Source of the DNA: an uncultured Gammaproteobacteria bacterium
GTDB lineage: Bacteria; Patescibacteriota; Microgenomatia; UBA1406; GWC2-37-13
Assembly: GCA_964566675.1 (NCBI GenBank)
Contig: CAZMJG010000001.1
Coordinates: 1-44,353, forward strand
Direction: 5' to 3'
Length of the DNA stretch: 44,353 nucleotides
Part shown: positions 36,931 to 44,353 of the stretch, in pieces
Layout of the letters: the number at the start of each line of letters is the position of its first letter
Position numbering within the stretch: position 1 is the first letter of the stretch
Program-made: the position numbers and the translations under genes
The notes under the pieces: generated by a model
The model's input: the letters and a program-made list of their open reading frames with translations, nothing else
Told to the model about the DNA's origin: nothing
Database searches by the model: none

Positions 36931-36978
36931 ACAAGTATAGATTGCAATATGTGTATTCAATGTGTATAATATGCGCAT

Positions 36979-37212
36979 ATGTCAGAAATACTACACTTAT
37001 CTGGACTGGATGCGAGTTTTACTGCTCATGATACTGCTATGACAGTCACTGATGGACAAGGGGCTATAGAGCAGATAACGAATACTGCTCCACAGGATTA
37101 TGAAAATGTCAAAGGAGATCCTAATTGCCAAGGCACAGGAGCCGCATTTGCATTTGTTGTCATTGGTTTTGTTCATGCGATGAGAGCTTATTCCCGATGG
37201 AGAAATCGGTAA
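36979..37212 (+). CDS. Small hypothetical protein with C-terminal TM
   Basis: ORF only, with hydrophobic AAFAFVVIGFVHA. Confidence 0.35.
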   Translation: MSEILHLSGLDASFTAHDTAMTVTDGQGAIEQITNTAPQDYENVKGDPNCQGTGAAFAFVVIGFVHAMRAYSRWRNR

Positions 37213-37241
37213 ATTGAATACTATCTGCTATAATCCTCGCA

Positions 37242-37979
37242 ATGGAAGCTGCGATTGAACTACATGAAAAAAAGGATAGTATGTCCGTGGTCCACGATTT
37301 GGAAAATAGGCAAACGGGCATATGGCATGAGGATATCTATGTACCTATTTCAGAGTCTGATATGACTATTCCTTTGGTGGAATGGCGAAAGCAGCGCATA
37401 GAGGCTATAGAACAATGGCTGACAGAACGAGATAGTACCTACGCACATATATATAGCTGCGCACTTGCACAATACCCACAACTAGAAGGGTGTGATATAC
37501 GATTGCCGGCTGATCGGGAAGAAGAACAGAAGGTGCTATATGGGCTTGGTTACTTTAGTGTTATGAAGCCTCATGTGGCGGTGGTCAGGGATTTTGATTC
37601 GCATGATGGAACGGCACAGTTTGTACATACTCATAAAGAATATATCCGACTTTTATCTGCTCAGCTTGGAATAGCAGTCTCTACCTTGAGAAATGAACCG
37701 CGATTTGTATCTTATTACTCTTTTCTACATGAACTTGGACATGCTCAACATTTTTTTAGTGCGTATTTTACTTCGAAAACTACCTGCCTTTATCAGGCGC
37801 AGAGTGTGTTCACAAAAGATTATGATCAGGCACTGGATGGGACTTTACGCTACGCACGAAGAAATACCCGTGAATCCTGGTCTTCTTTGTACTGGAATAT
37901 GCCTTTTGAAAGGGAGGCAAATGATTTCGCAGTTGAGCTTTATAGAAGTGCTTTTGTGTATGGATCCTCGATCAGGTGA
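37242..37979 (+). CDS. ImmA/IrrE-like zinc metallopeptidase (HExxH)
   Basis: FLHELGHAQHF followed about 50 aa later by FEREANDFAVEL, the HExxH plus E..AN.FA pair characteristic of COG2856-type peptidases. Confidence 0.5.
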   Translation: MEAAIELHEKKDSMSVVHDLENRQTGIWHEDIYVPISESDMTIPLVEWRKQRIEAIEQWLTERDSTYAHIYSCALAQYPQLEGCDIRLPADREEEQKVLYGLGYFSVMKPHVAVVRDFDSHDGTAQFVHTHKEYIRLLSAQLGIAVSTLRNEPRFVSYYSFLHELGHAQHFFSAYFTSKTTCLYQAQSVFTKDYDQALDGTLRYARRNTRESWSSLYWNMPFEREANDFAVELYRSAFVYGSSIR

Positions 37980-37997
37980 TGACAAGGGATCAGATTT

Positions 37998-39071
37998 CTA
38001 AAATAGTCTGTTTACGGTATCAAAAAATATTTTTTCATAACCGTCAACCATCGTAGGGCCAGAGAAGAATTCTTCGACACGAGCGCGACATTGTGTGCGA
38101 TCTATGTGGTCTATGAGGCTCATTTTTTCTACCATTTCGTCAATATTATTTACCAGATATCCGGTTTGACCATCTGTTATTATTTCAGTCGCTGCTCCAC
38201 GAGCAAAGGAGATTACTGGAGTACCTGTTGCCATCGCCTCTGTCATGACTAGACCAAATGGCTCATTCCATTTGATCGGATTGAGAAATGCCTTTGCATT
38301 TCCAAACAGTTCATTCTTTTTTCTATCATCGGCTTCGCCAATAAATTGTATTTGGTGACCATCAATATGCGGCTCAACTTGCTCTTTGAAATACCGATAA
38401 TCATCTTTCTCCATTTCATCTACTTTTCCTGCCATAATGAGTTTTTCGCCGGCTTTTTTGACTGCCTGTATAGCTTCCACAACGCCCTTGTCCGGATTGA
38501 ACTTGCCGAGCCAGGCAAAATAGTCTTTTGGTTTTTGGTGAAAAGAGTAGGGGGTGAGATCTATACCGTTGTAAACGGTGCCTAACCAGTTGAGATTTTC
38601 ACCTTTTTCGCGTTGAGTATTGGAAATAGAGACAAAATTCATATCTCTATATTTTTGAAAATATTCATGACGAGAAACACGGTTTTGCACGAGAGGATAG
38701 GGAAAATGCAGAGTGAAAATAACTTTTTCACTTATAGGACGGGCTAGTGGCATAGCCAAGTAATCACTCGATTTATTGAGATGCATGTGGATGATATCAA
38801 AATTTTGTTGGCGGTCAAATGCTGCAGTCATATTGAGTGTCGGGTAAATCACATCTGTCCAAGGAATGCCATCTCGAAATAGTGGGCGAGGATATACCGA
38901 GAAAAGCTTTGCTTTGGTTTTAGAATTGCCACATGCAAAAAGGGTCACGTCATGACCCTTGGCAACAAGGCCTTCAGTAAGGAGTGATACGACTCGTTCG
39001 GTACCCCCGTAGAGAGGTGGTGGAATCTGTTCCCAAAGTGGTGCAATTTGTGCGATGCGGAGTTTTTTCAT
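37998..39071 (-). CDS. Glycosyltransferase family 4 (GT-B, retaining)
   Basis: YGGTERVV N-terminal motif and EPFGLVMTEAMATGTPVI EX7E region. Confidence 0.8.
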   Translation of the reverse strand: MKKLRIAQIAPLWEQIPPPLYGGTERVVSLLTEGLVAKGHDVTLFACGNSKTKAKLFSVYPRPLFRDGIPWTDVIYPTLNMTAAFDRQQNFDIIHMHLNKSSDYLAMPLARPISEKVIFTLHFPYPLVQNRVSRHEYFQKYRDMNFVSISNTQREKGENLNWLGTVYNGIDLTPYSFHQKPKDYFAWLGKFNPDKGVVEAIQAVKKAGEKLIMAGKVDEMEKDDYRYFKEQVEPHIDGHQIQFIGEADDRKKNELFGNAKAFLNPIKWNEPFGLVMTEAMATGTPVISFARGAATEIITDGQTGYLVNNIDEMVEKMSLIDHIDRTQCRARVEEFFSGPTMVDGYEKIFFDTVNRLF

Positions 39072-39096
39072 AGCTAAAAGGCTGCGTAAGAGCTAA

Positions 39097-40179
39097 CTAA
39101 AAATAAATGTTTTGTAAAAAGTGTAAGAGGCTTTCTCCCGCTAGCGCGCCAGGGAACAATTCGTCTGAGATATAAATTTCACGATTTTGTATTTCATAAT
39201 GTCCAGGTGCCTTCTGTTTTAATTGTTTTTTCCATAGAGAAATATCTACATCATCATAATCTTTGATTGCTTTGTCTGAAAAATAGCGAGACATACGCGC
39301 GCCTCCAGGTAGAAAAAAAGTAGCCTGAGTGCCTTTGGCACTATTTATGCCCATATTTACATCTGCAAAACTATCTCCTGACAAGAAAACTGACAACTTG
39401 TCAGGATTTATGCCCTTTGTTTTTAAAATCATGTCTACAATACGATCTACCGCCTGAGCTTTGAGAAAATCGGCTTGTCGAGGAAAGAGAAAGAGAGAAT
39501 AAATATTTTTCTCAGGTTCACTATCGTCGAGAGTATATATGGGTGGATTGAGCTTTGAAATATGTTTGCGAAATAGTTTTTTTTCCTTATTATCTTTAAA
39601 ATCAACTTGAATACGGAAATCGGGAGGCGAGATTGTGGCAAAACCTTTTTCGTAATTTGAACTATCTTCAATTTTTTTCAGTTTAAAGTTGCTCAACGTA
39701 TTACTAATAATCTTGAGAAGATCTAGTACTTGCTCACGCCATTGCGAAGCAGAAAGATCCATGACATCATAATCACGATCTCGTCTGTATTCTCCTGTCT
39801 GCTGGCGTAAATATATTCGGGCGCCAGTGGTATCGGCGAGTGCGTCGGGGTCGAGTAGACCAGCAAAACTTTCAGTCCGAGCCAAATCGACGTGATAATA
39901 AGTATTGTTTTTATCAAGCGCTATTTTGGATGGAGGACGGGAAAGTCGTGGAGAATGGGCGAGTGAGGCATCAGAGAGCAATAACTCATATGGTCGTGAT
40001 GTGACAAATACAATGCTATACCCGTTTTGCTCAAACAGGGACCTTATATTTTGTTGAGTTTCTGGCGAACCGGTGATGGTGAGATCTATATCAAGAAACG
40101 CTATGCGAGGCTCATTGTCTAATTTTTGCCAAATAGTACTGTTTGTATAGAGACCGTCTGTATCTGAATAGTCCTTCAT
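39097..40179 (-). CDS. HAD-IIB-like sugar-phosphate phosphatase (candidate trehalose-6-P or related phosphatase)
   Basis: FLDIDLTITGS (DxD motif I), VTSR (motif II) and SGDSFADVNM (motif IV). Confidence 0.5.
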   Translation of the reverse strand: MKDYSDTDGLYTNSTIWQKLDNEPRIAFLDIDLTITGSPETQQNIRSLFEQNGYSIVFVTSRPYELLLSDASLAHSPRLSRPPSKIALDKNNTYYHVDLARTESFAGLLDPDALADTTGARIYLRQQTGEYRRDRDYDVMDLSASQWREQVLDLLKIISNTLSNFKLKKIEDSSNYEKGFATISPPDFRIQVDFKDNKEKKLFRKHISKLNPPIYTLDDSEPEKNIYSLFLFPRQADFLKAQAVDRIVDMILKTKGINPDKLSVFLSGDSFADVNMGINSAKGTQATFFLPGGARMSRYFSDKAIKDYDDVDISLWKKQLKQKAPGHYEIQNREIYISDELFPGALAGESLLHFLQNIYF

Positions 40180-40343
40180 AATTAATTGCTGCGCCTATAG
40201 AAAATCCCATTTATGCATGGCATAGAATTTATATAGAGTATGCCTTATGGTATTAAAAGCTATAAATGTAAGAGGTGGGTATCAATACGTGTAAGAAGAT
40301 ATTAAGAAATAACTATTTGGCTATCTATTTAGCATGTTGCTTT

Positions 40344-41825
40344 TTACATTTCACCTACCTGTTCTAGATATTCATCTTTCCATATACCATATATATTTTC
40401 TGGTAAAAGAAGGGCCTTATGGGGCTTCAGTTCGGCTATAAATTCTTCGGTATGACTTACGATAAGTAGGCTGCCTTTATAACTTTTTAGGGCCTCGAGG
40501 ATAACTCGTTGAGATAGCACATCAAGATAAGTTGTAGGTTCATCGAGGATAAGAAGATTATTGTTTTGAAGTAGCAAAAGAGCAATGGCAAGCCGTGTTT
40601 TTTCACCTCCCGACAAAGTACCAATAGGCTGATATACTTTTTTCCCTGTAAATAAAAATCTCGCAAGAAGCGATCGTACGGAATTCTCGGGGAGACTGGC
40701 AGCATCTGATGTGCAATCAATAATCGTCTTGTCGAAATCCATTGTTTCAAATTCCTGAGAGTAGTAGCCAATTTTGATCTTTTCATCTTGTACGATAGTA
40801 CCGTGATCGGCAGGCAGCGTATTCATCAAGATTTTGATGAGGGTACTTTTTCCGATGCCATTTGGTCCAATGAGCGCTACGCGTTCTCCTCGGAGGATTG
40901 ACAGAGATACATTATCAAGAATCGGATGTGTTCCAAACGTCTTTGAGATATTTTTGGCAATAATGGGAGCTTCTCCAACATGGGAAGGGTCAGGGATATG
41001 GACTTTTATAGCGCGCGCTTCCTGAGGCAATGGAGGTAAATGTTCTTTGAGCCGTTCTATCCGTTTTTTGAGTGTTGTGCGCTGTCGAACGCCTTTTTTG
41101 GAAGTAAAGCGTTGCATATTTAGTAAACCTTTTTCCATATGTTTGATATGTTTATGTTCAGATTCAATCTGTTTTTTGACAAGCGTATCACGTTGTTTTT
41201 TCAGTTTTAAATACTGTGAATAATTACCTGTATATTCTTCAATTTTTTTAGTAAAGGTATTAAGTGCCAGCACTTTACTAATATGTCTATCTAGGAGTTT
41301 AATATCGTGCGACACTACTATAACAGTTTTAGGATAATGAGCTAGAAAGTGCGTCACCCACTGCTTGCCTTTGGCATCGAGAAAATTTGTGGGTTCATCA
41401 AGAAGTAAAATATCTGGTTCTTTGAGCAATGCGCGACAAATAGCCAGTCTGGTCTTCTGCCCCCCGCTAAATGTCTGTGGATCACTGGTCAATGGTATAG
41501 CATCAAGTTCGAGCCCTGCAAGCATTTTACGAATTTCACTGTCAGTTTTTTTGCCATCTGAGTCAAGAAACTTGCGCACTGTATTTGATTGTTCAAAAAT
41601 CTCATCATGTTTTATTTCTTGAGGAACATATTCGATAGTCCCTTGAATCTCTATGCGTCCTGCGTCAGGGGTATCATGACCACTGAGTAGGTTAAACAAC
41701 GTGCTTTTACCCGCTCCATTTGTACCCACGAGCCCCACAATCATATGTTCTCCAATAGAAAAACTAGCCTCATTATATAAGGGATTTAGTCCATATGAAT
41801 AAGATATATTTGTTGCCTTAATCAT
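40344..41825 (-). CDS. ABC-F family ATPase (two tandem ABC domains, no TM domain)
   Basis: GTNGAGKST/LSGGQKTRLAI/LLLDEPT and GPNGIGKST/LSGGEKTRLAI/LILDEPT, with a charged inter-domain linker. Confidence 0.85.
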   Translation of the reverse strand: MIKATNISYSYGLNPLYNEASFSIGEHMIVGLVGTNGAGKSTLFNLLSGHDTPDAGRIEIQGTIEYVPQEIKHDEIFEQSNTVRKFLDSDGKKTDSEIRKMLAGLELDAIPLTSDPQTFSGGQKTRLAICRALLKEPDILLLDEPTNFLDAKGKQWVTHFLAHYPKTVIVVSHDIKLLDRHISKVLALNTFTKKIEEYTGNYSQYLKLKKQRDTLVKKQIESEHKHIKHMEKGLLNMQRFTSKKGVRQRTTLKKRIERLKEHLPPLPQEARAIKVHIPDPSHVGEAPIIAKNISKTFGTHPILDNVSLSILRGERVALIGPNGIGKSTLIKILMNTLPADHGTIVQDEKIKIGYYSQEFETMDFDKTIIDCTSDAASLPENSVRSLLARFLFTGKKVYQPIGTLSGGEKTRLAIALLLLQNNNLLILDEPTTYLDVLSQRVILEALKSYKGSLLIVSHTEEFIAELKPHKALLLPENIYGIWKDEYLEQVGEM

Positions 41826-41946
41826 GAATATATTATAACTTACCTGTCCGAGAGCTTCCTTACTGTCTTTTGGTAAGGCTCTTACGCTTGTTATATGTTT
41901 ATTGCTTAAAGTAGCTATATCAATTTATAAATTCATTAAACTAATT

Positions 41947-42438
41947 ATGGCAGAACACAATAAACATCTAATTACGTGGCTAAATGACGCATATGCAATG
42001 GAAGTGGAAATTACCAAAATTCTTGAAAGTCATAAAAAAGCAGCCGAAGATTTTCCTCAAGTAGAAGAAAAAATTGATGAGCACCTGGAAGTTACTAAAA
42101 AGCAGGCGGAGCGGCTTAAAAAGTGTATCGAAGGGCTCGGAGAGAGTGTCTCAAGTACAAAGTCGGTGATGGCCACTGTGATGGGTATGATAGCGGGTCC
42201 TACTACGGGGCTTTTTGACGATGCGGTGATCAAAAACTCCGCCTTAGAATTTGCGACCGAACATTTTGAAATTTCAGTCTATCGAGTTCTTATTGCGGCT
42301 GCCGACAAATTTGGTCATGATGATATCGTTGATATTTGTCAGCAGAATATGCAAGAAGAGGAAGAAATGGCTGAATGGTTGGATGAAAATATGGATAGTC
42401 TTGTAAATGATTTTTTAGGACGGGAAAAAGATAGTTAA
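41947..42438 (+). CDS. DUF892 (YciE/YciF-like) ferritin-like protein
   Basis: WLNDAYAMEVEITKILESH and ATEHFEISVYRVL four-helix-bundle pattern. ATG at 41947 is preferred. Confidence 0.6.
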   Translation: MAEHNKHLITWLNDAYAMEVEITKILESHKKAAEDFPQVEEKIDEHLEVTKKQAERLKKCIEGLGESVSSTKSVMATVMGMIAGPTTGLFDDAVIKNSALEFATEHFEISVYRVLIAAADKFGHDDIVDICQQNMQEEEEMAEWLDENMDSLVNDFLGREKDS

Positions 42439-42475
42439 TATTGCTCGGTGTACTTTTGGCAATTATACTGACAGT

Positions 42476-42913
42476 ATGACTACTCGCCATACTCTTCGCT
42501 GCGCAGTATATGCGCTTCTTGTGAGAGATAATTATATTTTAATGTCTCTACGTAAAAATACAGGGTATATGGATGGGTTTTATAGCTTGCCTGCTGGGCA
42601 TCTAGAAGGAGGTGAGCGTTTGCTTCAAGCGGTGGTGCGAGAGGCGCAGGAGGAAATTGGATTAGAGCTTCAGGAAACAGATCTCACTTTGTACCATGTT
42701 ATGCATCGGCAGAATGCCGAAGTCAAAAGCGAATACATAGATTTTTATTTCAAAGTCGCTTACTGGATAGGGGAGCCCATAAATAGTGAGCCTGAAAAAT
42801 GCGAACACATCAAATGGTTTCCCTTAGAAGCCCTGCCTCACAAAATTGTGCCCTCAGTAAAAGCGGCTATAGAATTTTATAAAGGTAAACTTTTTTTCTC
42901 TGAGTTGATGTAA
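42476..42913 (+). CDS. Nudix hydrolase
   Basis: Canonical Nudix box GHLEGGERLLQAVVREAQEEIGL. Confidence 0.85.
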   Translation: MTTRHTLRCAVYALLVRDNYILMSLRKNTGYMDGFYSLPAGHLEGGERLLQAVVREAQEEIGLELQETDLTLYHVMHRQNAEVKSEYIDFYFKVAYWIGEPINSEPEKCEHIKWFPLEALPHKIVPSVKAAIEFYKGKLFFSELM

Positions 42914-42923
42914 AATTCACATC

Positions 42924-43331
42924 ATGGAAAATAGGGAAAAGGCTCCAGAATCGGTACAACAGATGATTGACCGTGATTTGATCGAATGGCTTGGCATACC
43001 TCAAAACTCTTTGCAACCTGAGCTGTATATTCATCGTTTACCCACAGGTATAGAGTATATCTCTCCACCAGTTGCTTTGAATTGTCTGGACTATGCACAA
43101 GGTTCTCGCGGTCTGCACACCCTATATATACCTGATCTTATTCCCGCACCTTTAGCACAAGGGAATATGATTGTATATTTTCAAGATAGCGATGAAATGC
43201 ATGCGGGGATTGTGATAGAAAGAGGCGCTCGAGTTATTTCGCAATGGGGCTCTGGTGCCATTTTTAAACATGGGATATTTCAAATACCTCGTGGTTACGG
43301 AAATAGATATCAGTGCTTTTTATCTAGGTGA
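42924..43331 (+). CDS. Cytoplasmic NlpC/P60-like (papain-fold) protein, tentative
   Basis: LNCLDYA (candidate Cys) and GNMIVYF....MHAGIVIERGARVISQWG (candidate His block) resemble NlpC/P60 spacing; no signal peptide. Confidence 0.35.
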   Translation: MENREKAPESVQQMIDRDLIEWLGIPQNSLQPELYIHRLPTGIEYISPPVALNCLDYAQGSRGLHTLYIPDLIPAPLAQGNMIVYFQDSDEMHAGIVIERGARVISQWGSGAIFKHGIFQIPRGYGNRYQCFLSR

Positions 43332-43453
43332 AGCAGGCGCCCAGTATATTTGGCGAGGTCATAATAAGTAGTATTACAATGATGTTAATTGTTTAAAAAA
43401 ATAAACAATAAATCCAGCTTTTTATGGTCCAGGCTTGAGGACTACGATAGAAC

Positions 43454-44194
43454 TTATTTTATATCTGCATAAGCTTGAGTTCGTTGCGCACGATACCGAG
43501 AATGAGAAAAAGACGAACTATCTCTATTCAACTGTGCATGAAGACCAGCGGTTACTATCCGTATTTCCATACGCAATGATTGAGGTACTTCGTCATTTTG
43601 AAACCCTTGTCCTGTCTGACATCGCATATTTAATCCATACTCTTCAGGATGTGCGTCTAGATAATCTAACAGATCAGAAACTGTAGCTTTATTCCTTCTA
43701 TCACCAATAGTATTTTCTTCTGGTACAACATGACTTTTTAAAGTTCTTTCGAATTTCGATAATGGTAAAAAAAGATTTGTCGAGTGAATAATTTGTCTAC
43801 AAGCATTTGTCAGAGCTAGGGCATGTTCTTTATTCTTGGGAATAATAGAACATCTCAAAAAATCATAAATGTCAGCATATCCACGTACAATAGGATTTTG
43901 CAATTTTGTGTTAATAGATTCAATACTTTTTGCCAATGGATTGACAACATAAAAATGATCATCTGGAAGATCTTTCGTAATAGCTAAGATTTGTTCAACA
44001 GTAGGTCTATGTAATTGGATACTTTTAAATCCTGTAGCTGTGAGAATTTCTTCTTCTAAAGCGTTAATACAAAGGTTTTGCCATTCTAATGATTTTTGAC
44101 CGTACTGCAGGCCATCTATTGTGATAATCTCAGTAGGGTTCAAATACTGTTCTATTATGAGGCTAATATCCGCGTTTGATACTAATTCTGGCAT
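43454..44194 (-). CDS. Divergent RelA/SpoT-fold nucleotidyltransferase (small alarmone synthetase-like)
   Basis: LAKSIESINTKL matches RxKSxxSxxxK spacing, IYDFLRCSII follows 13 aa later, and MEIRIVT and HSRYR match EIQIRT...HxxYK. The GYxSxH block is not conserved (GLNMRC). Confidence 0.45.
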   Translation of the reverse strand: MPELVSNADISLIIEQYLNPTEIITIDGLQYGQKSLEWQNLCINALEEEILTATGFKSIQLHRPTVEQILAITKDLPDDHFYVVNPLAKSIESINTKLQNPIVRGYADIYDFLRCSIIPKNKEHALALTNACRQIIHSTNLFLPLSKFERTLKSHVVPEENTIGDRRNKATVSDLLDYLDAHPEEYGLNMRCQTGQGFQNDEVPQSLRMEIRIVTAGLHAQLNRDSSSFSHSRYRAQRTQAYADIK

Positions 44195-44272
44195 CGCATA
44201 TTATACTAAGAAGATTATGCGTAGGTAAAGATTATATCGCTACTATAGTCTAAAGTAGGAGCTAAATAACAT

Positions 44273-44353
44273 TGGTTCCGAGGGAGGATTCACCGATGTC
44301 GCGGTAGTATCTGCTCATCGGTATTAACTCGCAGTAATCCTCGCAAAGCATCG
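44273..44353 (-). repeat. Partial copy (C2) of the structured repeat; on the minus strand it ends AATCCTCCCTCGGAACCA; truncated by the window end
   Basis: About 80 percent identity by hand to 14597-14652 over the shared part. Hairpin ACCGATG/CATCGGT (44292-44298/44316-44322). 5' arm ACTCGCAGT at 44327-44335. Confidence 0.6.

Noticed and set aside
1-44353. Alternative genetic code (UGA recoding, as in some reduced-genome lineages)
   Set aside because: Conserved genes (groEL, PBP1A, otsA, xth) are full-length under the standard code, and several genes end cleanly at TGA.
1-44353. Circular molecule in which the end copy and the start copy of the repeat are one and the same
   Set aside because: The two partial copies overlap by about 24 aligned positions but differ in sequence there (GCAGTAATCCTCGCAAAGCATCG versus AGAGTAATGCTCACTACGTGTCG), so they are distinct copies.

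Overview
This is a compact, AT-rich bacterial chromosomal segment read with the standard genetic code. Small overlapping genes, many membrane-anchored orphans and sparse metabolism fit a reduced-genome lineage such as CPR/Patescibacteria; that placement is inference only. All family calls come from motifs read by eye in the supplied translations; no searches were run.

Recognisable content:
- GT14-type glycosyltransferase.
- A roughly 1,070-1,090 aa orphan protein interrupted at an A11 tract.
- Nudix hydrolase, isopentenyl phosphate kinase and a mevalonate-(di)phosphate decarboxylase homolog.
- KamA/EpmB-type radical SAM enzyme and a PHP phosphoesterase.
- tRNA-Ser(UGA) and tRNA-Cys(GCA).
- An ArsR-YCII-Bcp operon.
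- A seven-blade propeller/FN3/LysM surface protein.
- Exonuclease III and PBP1A.
- A PP2C-like protein and a Lon-type AAA+ module lacking a protease domain.
- groES-groEL.
- A D-2-hydroxyacid dehydrogenase.
- A trehalose/alpha-glucan cluster (GDE-like, OtsA, GT4, HAD).
- An ImmA/IrrE-like metallopeptidase.
- An ABC-F ATPase and a DUF892 ferritin-like protein.
- A second Nudix hydrolase, an NlpC/P60-like protein and a divergent RelA/SpoT-fold protein.

Most notable non-routine signals:
1. A structured repeat of about 125 nt is present in three copies, with compensatory stem substitutions and a tRNA-3'-end-like CCA terminus. The window begins and ends inside copies.
2. An island of about 4 kb lies next to tRNA-Ser, bounded by imperfect direct repeats. 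It carries a fused nuclease-methyltransferase (type IIG-like), an orphan gene and a decayed serine-recombinase fragment whose last codons duplicate the tRNA-Ser 3' end.
3. The giant orphan gene has an A11 frameshift site.
4. AAGTC-type repeat arrays occur in two divergent promoter regions, one of them upstream of groES.
5. The divergent RelA/SpoT-like gene sits directly downstream of one CCA-ended repeat copy.
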